From an uncultured Enterobacterales bacterium (lineage in GTDB: Bacteria; Myxococcota_A; UBA796; CAJQPC01): a stretch of DNA of 64,000 nt. Shown here piece after piece: positions 7,669 through 17,164 of the stretch. The DNA is taken from positions 62,317 through 126,316 of the forward strand of contig CAZRYF010000006.1 of assembly GCA_964604165.1 (NCBI GenBank), written 5' to 3'. Position 1 is the first letter of the stretch; every line of letters begins with the position of its first letter. The notes beneath the pieces were generated by a model that ran no database searches, had not been told where the DNA came from, and was given only the letters and a program-made list of their open reading frames with translations. Made by a program: the position numbers and the translations under genes.

Positions 7669-8347
7669 CCCCGTCTACAACGAGGAGAATTTTGTCGAGG
7701 CCCTCGTGCGCCGAGTGGCTGAACAGCCTTGGCGCATGGAGATTCTCGCCATCGATGATGGCAGCACAGACGATACCCCATCTCGCCTTCAGGCCCTTGC
7801 GGAGGAGTTCGACAACCTGAAGCTTTTTCGCCACGAGAAGAACGCTGGCAAGGGCGCTGCCTTGCGCACAGGATTCGCCCAGGTCCAGGGAGACGTGGTC
7901 ATCGTGCAGGACGCCGACCTGGAGTACGATCCGCGGGAGTACGGTGTGCTCTTGGGGCCGATTCTGGATGGACGCGCGGACGTGGTCTACGGAAGCCGAT
8001 TTTTGGGCGGCCCCCACCGGGTGCACAACTTCCACCACTACGTGGCGAACCGGGGCCTCACCACTTTGTCCAATGTGCTCACGAACCTGAACCTCACGGA
8101 CATGGAGACCTGCTACAAGGTCTGCCGTCGGGAGGTGCTCGAGCAGCTGGACCTGCGCTCCAACGGGTTTGGATTCGATCCGGAATTTACGGCCCAGGTG
8201 GCTGCGCTGGGGTGCCGGGTCTACGAGGTGCCCATCTCGTATTCAGGGCGCGATTACTCGGAGGGAAAGAAGATCGGCTGGAAGGACGCCGTGGTCTCTC
8301 TCGGGGTCATCTTCACGGCGAAGATGCGCCGGGGGAGGCGGAGCTGA
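7628..8347 (+). CDS. Family 2 glycosyltransferase, polyprenol-phosphate sugar synthase (Dpm1/AglK-like)
   Basis: LSVVIPVYNEE, LAIDDGSTDDT and VIVQDADLEYDP are GT2 signatures. The internal ATG at 7628 was chosen because the upstream part of ORF 7475..8347 overlaps the divergent gene. Confidence 0.85.
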   Translation: MSRVIDDPLLSVVIPVYNEENFVEALVRRVAEQPWRMEILAIDDGSTDDTPSRLQALAEEFDNLKLFRHEKNAGKGAALRTGFAQVQGDVVIVQDADLEYDPREYGVLLGPILDGRADVVYGSRFLGGPHRVHNFHHYVANRGLTTLSNVLTNLNLTDMETCYKVCRREVLEQLDLRSNGFGFDPEFTAQVAALGCRVYEVPISYSGRDYSEGKKIGWKDAVVSLGVIFTAKMRRGRRS

Positions 8348-9522
8348 TGTTGTTTGGGGTGGGCTTGCGAGACCAATTCTTGTTGGAAAAGGACCTGGTG
8401 TTCCTGAACCACGGGTCCTTTGGGGCTTGTCCATTGCCTGTCCTGGAGGCCCAGCAGGCCTGGCGGCGGCGGTTTGAGGCGTCCCCCATCGAGTTCGTGT
8501 TGGGAGAGCTGGGGGACCTGATCCGGGAGACAGCGAGTCGGCTTGGGGGCCGCGTGGGTGCTCGGGGTGAGGATCTGGTCTTTGTGGAGAACGCCACCAC
8601 GGGGGTCAACACGGCGCTTCGGGCTGCGGACCTTGAGCCTGGGGACGAGGTGGTGCTCCTGGACCATGCCTACCCGGCCGTGAAAAATGCAGCGGCCCAC
8701 TTGTGTGAGGAGATGAGCGCCCGCCTGGTGGTGGCAGCGCTTCCGTTTCCCTGTGAGCCCGACTTGGTGTTGCAGGTCTTGGAGGGAGCCCTCTCCGAGC
8801 GCACCCGCCTGGTGGTGTTGGACCACATCACCTCAGCGAGCGGACTGGTGTTGCCGCTGGAGACCCTGGTGGCCAGGTGCCATGCCTTGGACATTCCCGT
8901 CTGTGTGGATGGGGCCCATGCGCCCGGTATGCTTCCTTTGGATCTCACCTCCCTCGGGGTGGACTGGTACACGGGGAATTGCCACAAGTGGATGTGGGCC
9001 CCCAAGGGGTGCGCCTTCCTTTGGACCCATCCGCGGCGGCAGGCCCAGACTCGCCCTTTGGTGATCTCCCTGGGCTACGGCCAGGGGTACACCGCTGAAT
9101 TCGATTGGGTTGGCACCCGGGATGTGAGCGCGTGGCTGTCGTTGGCCACAGCCCTGGACTTCATGGACTCTCTTGGGGCTTCTGCGGTGCGAGCCCACAA
9201 CCACGATCTTGTGATGTGGGGGGCGCAGCACCTCGCGGCGGTTTGGGGGGTGGATCTGCCCGTCCCCGAATCTATGCTCGGCTCTCTTGCCGCGTTGCCA
9301 GTGCCCGAGGTTTGGCAGACCGAACCAACGGTGGAGGCGGGTCTTTCCGTGCGTGGCCAGCTCTACAAGGAGCGCCGAATCGAGGTGCCGGTCCACCCGA
9401 TCGGGTCCCAGATGTGGGTGCGGATTTCCGCTCAGGTCTACAACACCCGGGAAGACTACGAAGCGCTGGGAGATGCGCTCGGGTCGGGACCAAAAGCAAT
9501 GGCGCCGCCCGGCAAGAAGTAG
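8347..9522 (+). CDS. Class V aminotransferase (isopenicillin-N-epimerase / cysteine-desulfurase-like, PLP-dependent)
   Basis: The start sits in an ATGA overlap with the GT2 stop. Supporting motifs are FLNHGSFGACP, ENATTGVN and the PLP-lysine context GNCHKWMWAPKG. Confidence 0.8.
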   Translation: MLFGVGLRDQFLLEKDLVFLNHGSFGACPLPVLEAQQAWRRRFEASPIEFVLGELGDLIRETASRLGGRVGARGEDLVFVENATTGVNTALRAADLEPGDEVVLLDHAYPAVKNAAAHLCEEMSARLVVAALPFPCEPDLVLQVLEGALSERTRLVVLDHITSASGLVLPLETLVARCHALDIPVCVDGAHAPGMLPLDLTSLGVDWYTGNCHKWMWAPKGCAFLWTHPRRQAQTRPLVISLGYGQGYTAEFDWVGTRDVSAWLSLATALDFMDSLGASAVRAHNHDLVMWGAQHLAAVWGVDLPVPESMLGSLAALPVPEVWQTEPTVEAGLSVRGQLYKERRIEVPVHPIGSQMWVRISAQVYNTREDYEALGDALGSGPKAMAPPGKK

Positions 9523-9944
9523 AGAATCACCATCTCCCCGCCCTGCACCGTAGGCACATGCCAGGTGCCGGGGGCCTTGACCACCCACCCGGGAGGCTCT
9601 CCGTCGAATGTTGGTTGACCCTCCGTTGCAAAGCACAGGTTGATCTCACCTTTGGGGTGGGCGTGACCGGGTCCGGGGCCGCTCATGTGCACGGCATCCA
9701 CAGAAAAGCTGTGGGTGTCTTCGGAAGCCTTGCATACGCGACCGTAGCGCATGCCATCCTCTCCGCGGGGCGTCAGTGTGCCTGCGGAGAGCCCCGTCTT
9801 CAGAAGGCCAAAGAGCGACTGCATGGACTCACCGGAGCTCGGCAGGGCCCGGTTGAGCGCTGTGGCCGTTGTGGGGTCGGAGGGGTCCAGTCTGGACAGG
9901 TGTTGAAGCAGGGGGGCCAGCGCGTGGCGCAGCTCGTTGGACAT
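9456..9944 (-). CDS. Hypothetical small protein, cupin/DUF4863-like (tentative)
   Basis: The 162-aa product carries the metal-site-like motif GHAHPKGEINL. The family assignment is from memory only. The 3' end overlaps the convergent aminotransferase by 67 nt. Confidence 0.35.
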   Translation of the reverse strand: MSNELRHALAPLLQHLSRLDPSDPTTATALNRALPSSGESMQSLFGLLKTGLSAGTLTPRGEDGMRYGRVCKASEDTHSFSVDAVHMSGPGPGHAHPKGEINLCFATEGQPTFDGEPPGWVVKAPGTWHVPTVQGGEMVILYFLPGGAIAFGPDPSASPSAS

Positions 9945-9985
9945 GGCATCACCTCTCGGCCCTTATGCCCCCCTTCTGCCTCATT

Positions 9986-10038
9986 GACAAGTTGTCACCT
10001 CGTGCAAGCCCTTGAGGGCTCCCGAGTGACAACTTGTC
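9986..10038. promoter_or_regulatory. Extended stem-loop in the divergent promoter region upstream of gspC
   Basis: GACAAGTTGTCAC (9986-9998) pairs perfectly with GTGACAACTTGTC (10026-10038). An inner helix is formed by AGCCC-TTGA-GGGCT (10007-10020). A TTGACA hexamer lies at 9984-9989. Confidence 0.4.
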
Positions 10039-10105
10039 TCTCATCTGCCCTCCTGGACCCTCATTGTTGCTCATTCTGGCCGGCATGGGCCTTGCATTGT
10101 AAGGG

Positions 10106-11044
10106 GTGATTCCCATGCGTATCTCGGTGAACCAACTTCTCGTTCCCTTCCGCTCCCGCCGCGTGCAGGCGGGTCTGGGCGTGGTGACTCTGGTGTCTGC
10201 CTTGTCTGGAATTGCCCTCGGGACTGGGGTGGGCAAGCTCCTGGCGCTGCCGGAAGACGTGGTGGTGGAGGAAATCGATTCCAAGAACGAAGAGAAGGAC
10301 GCGGAACCTGCAGGCCCCCGCCGGAACTCGGCTGCCCAAGCCCGCTCCAAGGAGTTCTACAACCGACCCATCCTGGAACGAAATCTCTTCGACCCGGATG
10401 CGGTGGCCGTCGTGGCAAGTGTCGACACGGAAGACGGTCGACCCACGGATCTGGACGTGGTGCTGCTGGCGACGGTGGTGGCCTCTCCGGCAGACTCAAG
10501 CTCGGCGCTCATTGTGGAGGGCAAACGGGGGGCCCGGGCCCGGGGCTATGGCATTGGGTACTCGCTGCTGGGCGAGGGAGTCATTCACAGCATTGAGAAG
10601 AAGCGGGTCGTGATCCTCCGGAACAGTGGAGAGATCGAGTACCTGGATATGTCCGAGGACAAGGCCAAGCCCAAGGGGAGATCTGCCAAGGGGGGCGGGG
10701 ATGGAGAGGTCCAGCGGGATGGAGACAACTTCACCGTGGAGCGCTCACTTCTGGATGAAGCCATGGAGAACATGGACAAGCTCGCCACACAGGTGCGGGT
10801 GGTGCCACACAAAGGGGCGGGGGGAGAGGTCGATGGCTACCGGTTGTCCGCCATCCGTCGAGGCACGCTGTTTGACAAGTTGGGAATCAAGAACGGGGAC
10901 ATCGTCCACAACGTGAACGGCCAGTCGCTCATGAGCACCTCGGATGCCATGAACGCCTACCAGGGCCTCCAGAACGAGTCGTCCTTCACCTTTGAAATCA
11001 CGCGTCGAAACAAGAAGAAGACGCTGAGCTACCAGGTTCGCTAG
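10106..11044 (+). CDS. gspC: Type II secretion system protein C (TM anchor plus C-terminal PDZ domain)
   Basis: It is the first gene of the gsp operon. It has an N-terminal TM helix (GLGVVTLVSALSGIALG) and a C-terminal PDZ-like segment (GYRLSAIRRGTLFDKLGIKNGDIVHNVNGQ). An alternative ATG at 10115 has an AAGGGG SD. Confidence 0.75.
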   Translation: MIPMRISVNQLLVPFRSRRVQAGLGVVTLVSALSGIALGTGVGKLLALPEDVVVEEIDSKNEEKDAEPAGPRRNSAAQARSKEFYNRPILERNLFDPDAVAVVASVDTEDGRPTDLDVVLLATVVASPADSSSALIVEGKRGARARGYGIGYSLLGEGVIHSIEKKRVVILRNSGEIEYLDMSEDKAKPKGRSAKGGGDGEVQRDGDNFTVERSLLDEAMENMDKLATQVRVVPHKGAGGEVDGYRLSAIRRGTLFDKLGIKNGDIVHNVNGQSLMSTSDAMNAYQGLQNESSFTFEITRRNKKKTLSYQVR

Positions 11045-11054
11045 GGGAAATGCT

Positions 11055-13760
11055 GTGATCAAAATCCAAAAATGGCTGCTGAAGACATCGGTGGTTCTTG
11101 CTGCACTGGTGGTGTTCCAACCCCCGTTGGCAGCCCAGGAAGACGACGACAGGCCGATGATTGGCGGACCTGCAGGCAAGCTGCCGCTGATGCCTGGACT
11201 TGGGCCGGGGGGAGCTCTTCCTCGGCCGTCCCTGAAACCCACGGCCTCTCGATCTGGAGAGGATGAGGGCGGCCCGGGAGCTGGGAATGGCGCCAAGCCC
11301 TCTGCCGGCCGTGAAGACAAGCCTTCTGGACCCGCGCCCCAATCTTCCAGCAGCCCCTCTTCCAGCAGTTCCTCCTCTTCATCTCCCAGCGCCCCCCCCC
11401 GTCCTGCGAACCAGAGCCGCCCCCCCAAGCTGGCCCCCAACTCCAAGGTGACTCTGGACTTTGTCAACACCCCCTTGCAGGACCTGGTGAAGTTCATGGC
11501 CGAGATCACCGGTCGAAACTTCATTCTTACGGACGATCTCAAGGGGGAGATCACCATCATCTCCCACCAGATGGTCTCTCCGGCGGAAGCCTACGAGGCA
11601 TTCCTTTCGGCGTTGGCGGTCAAGGGCTACACAACGGTCACCGTGGGAAAGATCACCAAGGTGATCAAGGACCGGGAAGCCACCTCACATCCGCTGCGGG
11701 TGTACGAGGGGGACACGATCCCCTACATCGACAACTTTGTCACCCAGATCTTCCAGTTTGAGAACACGACGGTCAGTGACATCTCAAGCGTGGTGAAGCA
11801 GCTCTCGGGATCGGCCGCCAACATCATCGCCTACCAGCCCACCAACACGCTGATCGTGACCGACTCGGCCGTGAACATTCGCCGCATGTGGAAGGTGGTG
11901 AGTCAGCTGGATGTGGCAGCGCCCAAGTCGACCCTGCAGGTGGTGCCAGTGCACTACGCAATGGCGGCAGAAATCGCTCGTCTGATCACCGAATTGTACG
12001 GCGTGGAAGGGGAGAACAAGAAGAGCAGTTCGAGCTCCCGGAAGTCGAGTTCGGCCAAGGATCGAAAGCGCCGGCGCCGGGGAGGGGACAAGGACTCGGG
12101 AGGTTCCGCCACCACCACTTCGGTGGGAGAGGGGCGCTATATTTCCAAGATTCTTGCGGATGAGCGCACGAACTCCCTGATCATTCAGGCCAATGAGACC
12201 GCCATGGCGGACATTCTCTCCCTGATCGGGGAGCTGGATGTGGATGTGGACCCCTCTTCTCGCTCGCAGATCCACGTGGTCTACCTGGAGCACGCCAAGG
12301 CCCAGGACGTGGCTCAGGTGCTCACAAACCTCGCCCAGGAGTCCCAGAGCAATCGGAACAGTCGAAACAACAACCGGCGGCAGCCTTCCAGCCGAAACCA
12401 GAACAGTCGAAACAACCGGGGCCGGCCGGAACGAGACCAGGGACCGGCTGCGGACAAGACCAGTCCCACGGCGGTCTTTGAGGATGGCGTCAAGGTGACC
12501 GCCGATGAGAACACCAACTCCCTGGTCATCGTGGCCAGCCCGGAGAGCTTCTCGATTCTGCGCCAGGTCATCAACCAGCTGGACATTCGCCGCAAGCAGG
12601 TCTTCGTGGAGGCGGTGATTATGGAGATCGCCTCGGACGATGACCTGAACCTGGGGCTTGGGATGCACATGGGGCTCCCCGGCGACTCGGGAACGGCTTT
12701 TAGCTTTGGCTCCGCCCAGTTGAACGGAAACAGTGTGGGGCTGGACTTGCAGAGCGTGCTGTCCGGCATGGCGATGGGGGTCTTTGGGGACTCCATTGAC
12801 GTCACATTGAGCGATGGCACCAGCTTGCCCATTCCCGCCTTTGGCGTGGCGCTGAATGCGCTCCAGGCGAACTCCATGGTGAACATTCTCTCCACCCCGA
12901 ACATCCTCACCATGGACAACGAGGAGGCCAAGATTGTGGTGGGGCGGAACATTCCCTTCCCCATTTCATCGGGCATGGACTCCAACGGGAACCAGCTCAT
13001 CTCCTACCAGCGCGAGGATGTGGCCATCACCTTGAAGGTCACGCCCCAGATCAACGAGTCGGACTTTGTCACTTTGGAGATCTTCCAGGAGGTCTCGGAG
13101 ATCGAGGAGGACTCCAGCGGACTCGACGTCAACTCGGCCGGCTTCATTACCTCGAAGCGTTCCGCAGAGACCACGGTGTTGGTCAAGGACAACCAGACGG
13201 TCGTGATCGGGGGCCTCATGGGCCAAACGGAGACCGAGGTGGAGACCAAGATTCCGCTTCTCGGGGATCTTCCCCTTGTGGGGGCCCTCTTCCGGGGCCG
13301 CCGCAAGAGTGCTCGCAAGACGAATCTGCTCATCGTGATGACACCCCATGTCATCGACGAGCCTGAAGACCTGGAAGAGGTCTACCGGATCAAGGTGGCC
13401 CAGCGGGAGGAGTTCTTGCGACGGTTCTATGGAAAGACCACTCAGGAGCAGGCCGTGGAGCTCAACGGTCTCTTGCGCTACAGCATGAACCTGGTCAACG
13501 AGCCCAGTGTCTACCGGACACGCATTCAGGAGCCCGCGCCGGAGGCTGCTCCCGAAGGGGAGTCGACGGGTGAGGAGGGCCCCTCGGGGGACTCCGCGGC
13601 ACCTGTGTCTCCGGAGGACTCCGACAGCGCGGCGTACCAGGAGGAGACTCTCCCGCGGGAAAACGCGACAGCAGCCCTGACGGACGAAGACATTCGCATG
13701 CTTCTGGGGGGCGGGCTGGAGTCCGCCTATCTCCAGGGCGAGAAGGAGGCCGGACGGTGA
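11055..13760 (+). CDS. gspD: Type II secretion system secretin GspD
   Basis: The 901-aa product has a signal peptide. The secretin C-domain reads VLVKDNQTVVIGGLM...IPLLGDLPLVGALFRGRRK...LLIVMTPHVI. Low-complexity Ser/Pro and Arg/Asn/Ser insertions are present. Confidence 0.9.
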   Translation: MIKIQKWLLKTSVVLAALVVFQPPLAAQEDDDRPMIGGPAGKLPLMPGLGPGGALPRPSLKPTASRSGEDEGGPGAGNGAKPSAGREDKPSGPAPQSSSSPSSSSSSSSSPSAPPRPANQSRPPKLAPNSKVTLDFVNTPLQDLVKFMAEITGRNFILTDDLKGEITIISHQMVSPAEAYEAFLSALAVKGYTTVTVGKITKVIKDREATSHPLRVYEGDTIPYIDNFVTQIFQFENTTVSDISSVVKQLSGSAANIIAYQPTNTLIVTDSAVNIRRMWKVVSQLDVAAPKSTLQVVPVHYAMAAEIARLITELYGVEGENKKSSSSSRKSSSAKDRKRRRRGGDKDSGGSATTTSVGEGRYISKILADERTNSLIIQANETAMADILSLIGELDVDVDPSSRSQIHVVYLEHAKAQDVAQVLTNLAQESQSNRNSRNNNRRQPSSRNQNSRNNRGRPERDQGPAADKTSPTAVFEDGVKVTADENTNSLVIVASPESFSILRQVINQLDIRRKQVFVEAVIMEIASDDDLNLGLGMHMGLPGDSGTAFSFGSAQLNGNSVGLDLQSVLSGMAMGVFGDSIDVTLSDGTSLPIPAFGVALNALQANSMVNILSTPNILTMDNEEAKIVVGRNIPFPISSGMDSNGNQLISYQREDVAITLKVTPQINESDFVTLEIFQEVSEIEEDSSGLDVNSAGFITSKRSAETTVLVKDNQTVVIGGLMGQTETEVETKIPLLGDLPLVGALFRGRRKSARKTNLLIVMTPHVIDEPEDLEEVYRIKVAQREEFLRRFYGKTTQEQAVELNGLLRYSMNLVNEPSVYRTRIQEPAPEAAPEGESTGEEGPSGDSAAPVSPEDSDSAAYQEETLPRENATAALTDEDIRMLLGGGLESAYLQGEKEAGR

Positions 13761-15466
13761 GCGCTGGCTTCTTTGCCCTGGAGCAGAGCCTTCTGCAGGA
13801 AGGGGTGCAGGCCTCCGACCTGGAGGATGCTCGGCAACATGCGGATCGCACGGGCTTGAGTCTGCTGGAGGTCATCCAGCGCACAGACTCCGTGGACCCG
13901 GCGCTGCTGCACAAAGTGCTGGCAGGCCTGACGGGGCTGGAAGTGCTGGAGGACGTGGATCTGGAGCAGGTCGATGTGGAGCTGGTGCGCCAGCTTCCCC
14001 TTGGGTTGGCCCGGGAGCAGGGAGTGCTTCCCTTGTGGGAGAAGAACGGCCGGGTGCTCGTGGCCATGGGCAGCCCCGAGGCGCTGAGCGCCACGGATGA
14101 TCTGCGGGTGCTCTTTTCATTGCCGGTCTCACCCGTTCTGGTGCGCCACGACACCCTCCGGGACATCATCAACAAGGCTTTTGACAAGGCGTCTCGCACC
14201 GCCAGCGCGGTGATGGAAGAAATCCAGGAGGAGGAAGAGGACGACCTGACAGGCGGCTTGGATCTCGAAGCCGACATCCTGGACGATCCAAACCAGGCCC
14301 CGATCATTCGGTTCGTAAACACGTTGCTGACCCAGGCCATCAAGGACAGGGCCTCGGACATCCACATCGAGCCCTTCGAAAAGGAGCTGGTGGTTCGGTT
14401 CCGCATTGATGGGGTCCTCTACGAAGTGGTCAAGCCTCCTCCGCGGCTTCAGGCCTCCATCGTGTCCCGCGTGAAGATCATGGCGGGCCTGAACATCGCC
14501 GAGAAACGTGTTCCCCAGGACGGGCGAATTCGCATTCGAATGGCGGGCCGGGAGATCGACCTGCGGGTGTCCACACTGCCGGTGCGGCACGGGGAGCGCG
14601 TGGTCATGCGTATCCTGGAAAAGGGAGCGGTCTTCAGTCTGGATTCCACGGGCATGGAGCCTGCCGAATTGGAGGACTTCCGAAAGCACATTCGGCGGCC
14701 CCACGGAATCCTTCTGGTGACCGGACCTACGGGGTCCGGAAAGACCACCACGCTCTACTCGGCCCTCTCGGAGATCAACAAGCCCGACTTGAACATCCTC
14801 ACCATCGAGGATCCCATCGAGTACGAGCTCAAGGGCATCGGCCAGACCCAGGTCAACCCCAAGATCAAGCTCACCTTTGCCTCCGCCCTGCGGGCACACC
14901 TGCGTCAGGACCCAGACATCATCATGGTGGGAGAGATTCGAGACAAGGAGACCGCGGACAACGCGGTCCAGGCGGCCCTGACCGGTCACCTCGTCTTTTC
15001 CACTCTGCACACCAACGATGCTGCAGGTGCTTTCTCCCGACTTGTGGACATGGGGGTGGAGCCGTTCCTGGTGGCCTCTTCCCTGGTGGCGGTGCTTGCC
15101 CAGAGGTTGGTGCGACAGCTCTGTAGCGAGTGCAAGGAGGCCTACGAGCCATCCGCGGTGCAGCTCAAGGATGTGGGACTGACCAAGAAGGACCTCAAGG
15201 GGAAGGTCTACCGGCCCAAGGGGTGCCCCGAATGCCTGGACACGGGCTACCGGGGGCGATCGGGCATCTACGAGCTGCTTCATGTGACCGACGACGTGAA
15301 ACACCTGGTGATGCAATCCGCCGATGCAGGCTCCATCAAGAAGGCGGCTCTCGCAAATGGCCTGGTGACCCTGCGCCGGGATGGCCTCCGCAAGGTTTTG
15401 GACGGGGTCACCTCCTTTGACGAAGTGGTGCGCGTCACCCAGGAAGAGGTCGCCGACAAGGGCTGA
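13757..15466 (+). CDS. gspE: Type II secretion ATPase GspE
   Basis: The Walker A motif is GPTGSGKTTT. Asp and His boxes are present, as is the tetracysteine motif CSEC...CPEC. The start is in a GTGA overlap with gspD. Confidence 0.95.
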   Translation: MSAGFFALEQSLLQEGVQASDLEDARQHADRTGLSLLEVIQRTDSVDPALLHKVLAGLTGLEVLEDVDLEQVDVELVRQLPLGLAREQGVLPLWEKNGRVLVAMGSPEALSATDDLRVLFSLPVSPVLVRHDTLRDIINKAFDKASRTASAVMEEIQEEEEDDLTGGLDLEADILDDPNQAPIIRFVNTLLTQAIKDRASDIHIEPFEKELVVRFRIDGVLYEVVKPPPRLQASIVSRVKIMAGLNIAEKRVPQDGRIRIRMAGREIDLRVSTLPVRHGERVVMRILEKGAVFSLDSTGMEPAELEDFRKHIRRPHGILLVTGPTGSGKTTTLYSALSEINKPDLNILTIEDPIEYELKGIGQTQVNPKIKLTFASALRAHLRQDPDIIMVGEIRDKETADNAVQAALTGHLVFSTLHTNDAAGAFSRLVDMGVEPFLVASSLVAVLAQRLVRQLCSECKEAYEPSAVQLKDVGLTKKDLKGKVYRPKGCPECLDTGYRGRSGIYELLHVTDDVKHLVMQSADAGSIKKAALANGLVTLRRDGLRKVLDGVTSFDEVVRVTQEEVADKG

Positions 15467-15470
15467 ATTC

Positions 15471-16724
15471 ATGGCTGTCTACGAATACAAAGGACTGGAC
15501 GGCCGCGGCAAGGCAATCGCAGGCATCATCGATGCCGAGGGCTCCAAGAGCGCCCGGGCCCGGCTTCGGAAGCAGGGACTCTTCCCCACGGACATCAAGC
15601 AGCAGGCGGTCTCCGGGGGCGGGAGTGGGGACACGGAAAAGAAGGGTGGTGGTCTGTCTCGGGAAGTGGACGTCGCCGCATTCTTTCAGCGGGTGGGGAT
15701 CAAAGATGTATCCGCCATGACCACGCAGCTGGCCACCTTGATCGGAGCCAACATCCCCATGGTGGAGGCGCTGGCTGCGATCCAGGAGCAGTGTGAGAAG
15801 GACAAGCTGAAGGTGATCCTGGCGGATGTGCGGGAGAAGGTGAACCAGGGGGGGAGCCTGGCGGACGCCATGGAAAACCACCCGAAGATCTTCTCGGATC
15901 TCTACGTGAATATGGTTCGCGCGGGAGAAGCCTCCGGCAGTCTGGATCTGGTATTACAGCGACTGGCGGCCTACACCGAGGGCCAGGTCAAGCTCCGGGG
16001 AAAGGTGACCGGGGCCATGATCTACCCGATTCTCATGTCCGTGGTGGGTGGGGCCATTGTCTTGGGTCTCTTTGTGTTCGTCATCCCGCGGATTCGGCGG
16101 GTGCTGGAGTCCTTCGGGCAGGCCTTGCCCGCCATTACCCGGATCACACTGGGAATCTCCGAACTGGTGCTTGGTTGGTGGTGGGCCATTGGCCTGGTCG
16201 GGTTGGGTGCCTACACCTTGTTCCGTCGTTGGAAGGCCACAAAAGCGGGCCGCTTCAAGTGGCACTCTCTCCTCCTCAAGGCACCCGTGTTGGGCCCCAT
16301 CGTTCGCCGGGTGGCCGTGACGCGGTTTTGCCAGACCCTATCGACGCTTCTGGATTCCGGTGTGCCCATCCTTACCGCTGTGGGAATTGTGGAGCGGGTG
16401 GTTCAGAACGATGTCCTGGCCAGGGCCGTTCGAGAAGCGGCGGACAACATTTCTGAGGGGGACTCCATCTCTGCTCCCCTTCGCCAGTCCGGGGAGTTTC
16501 CGCCCCTGGTGACCCATATGATCGCCATCGGGGAGCGCACCGGCGAGCTGGAGAGCATGCTCGGCAAGGTGGCGGACGCCTATGAATCCCAGCTGGAGTC
16601 CACCCTGGAGGGACTGACCAGCTTGCTGGAGCCTCTTCTTATTCTCGTGATGGGCGGCGTGGTCGGCTTCATCGCCATGGCCATCATGCTGCCCATGCTC
16701 AACATGTCCAATTCCCTTCGATAG
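15471..16724 (+). CDS. gspF: Type II secretion inner-membrane platform protein GspF
   Basis: The product begins MAVYEYKGLDGRGK. It has a duplicated GspF/PilC domain and three TM segments. The ATG at 15471 lies 5 nt after the gspE stop. Confidence 0.9.
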   Translation: MAVYEYKGLDGRGKAIAGIIDAEGSKSARARLRKQGLFPTDIKQQAVSGGGSGDTEKKGGGLSREVDVAAFFQRVGIKDVSAMTTQLATLIGANIPMVEALAAIQEQCEKDKLKVILADVREKVNQGGSLADAMENHPKIFSDLYVNMVRAGEASGSLDLVLQRLAAYTEGQVKLRGKVTGAMIYPILMSVVGGAIVLGLFVFVIPRIRRVLESFGQALPAITRITLGISELVLGWWWAIGLVGLGAYTLFRRWKATKAGRFKWHSLLLKAPVLGPIVRRVAVTRFCQTLSTLLDSGVPILTAVGIVERVVQNDVLARAVREAADNISEGDSISAPLRQSGEFPPLVTHMIAIGERTGELESMLGKVADAYESQLESTLEGLTSLLEPLLILVMGGVVGFIAMAIMLPMLNMSNSLR

Positions 16725-16738
16725 CCCAGGAGTCCTCG

Positions 16739-17161
16739 ATGTTCTGCCTTTCCTCCCGCAACCGAAACCGCCGCGCTCGCGCCCGGCGAGGCATGACCCT
16801 CATGGAGATCATGGTCGTGATCGCCATCCTCGGCACCATCATGACCGTGGTGGCCGTAAACGTGCTCGAAGTCTTCGGTGAGTCCAACGTGGAAAACACC
16901 AAGATCCAGATGGCGAACATGGACAACATGCTCACCATTCACCGGGCCACCCACAAGAACAAGTACCCGGCCAGCCTGGACGAGGTGAAGGCCAAGTTCA
17001 AGAATGGAGAGGTACCCACGGACGCCTGGGGCGGGAACTTCGAGTACTCCTGTACGGATGACTGCCGGGGCTACAAGATGGTGTCCCTTGGGGAGGACGG
17101 CAAGTCGGGTGGCTCCGACAAGTCTGCCGATATCGTCTCCAATTCTGGGAAGTTCCAGTAG
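16739..17161 (+). CDS. gspG: Major pseudopilin GspG
   Basis: The prepilin-type N-terminus is RRG|MTLMEIMVVIAILG. The GspG body contains DAWGGNFEY and SLGEDGKSGG. Confidence 0.9.
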   Translation: MFCLSSRNRNRRARARRGMTLMEIMVVIAILGTIMTVVAVNVLEVFGESNVENTKIQMANMDNMLTIHRATHKNKYPASLDEVKAKFKNGEVPTDAWGGNFEYSCTDDCRGYKMVSLGEDGKSGGSDKSADIVSNSGKFQ

Positions 17162-17164
17162 GAA

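Noticed and set aside
10040-10105. Sigma54-type promoter candidates (TGG...TTGC strings) upstream of gspC.
   Set aside because: The GG-to-GC spacings I could find are 14 and 16 nt instead of the required 12. No match to TGGCAC-N5-TTGC was found.
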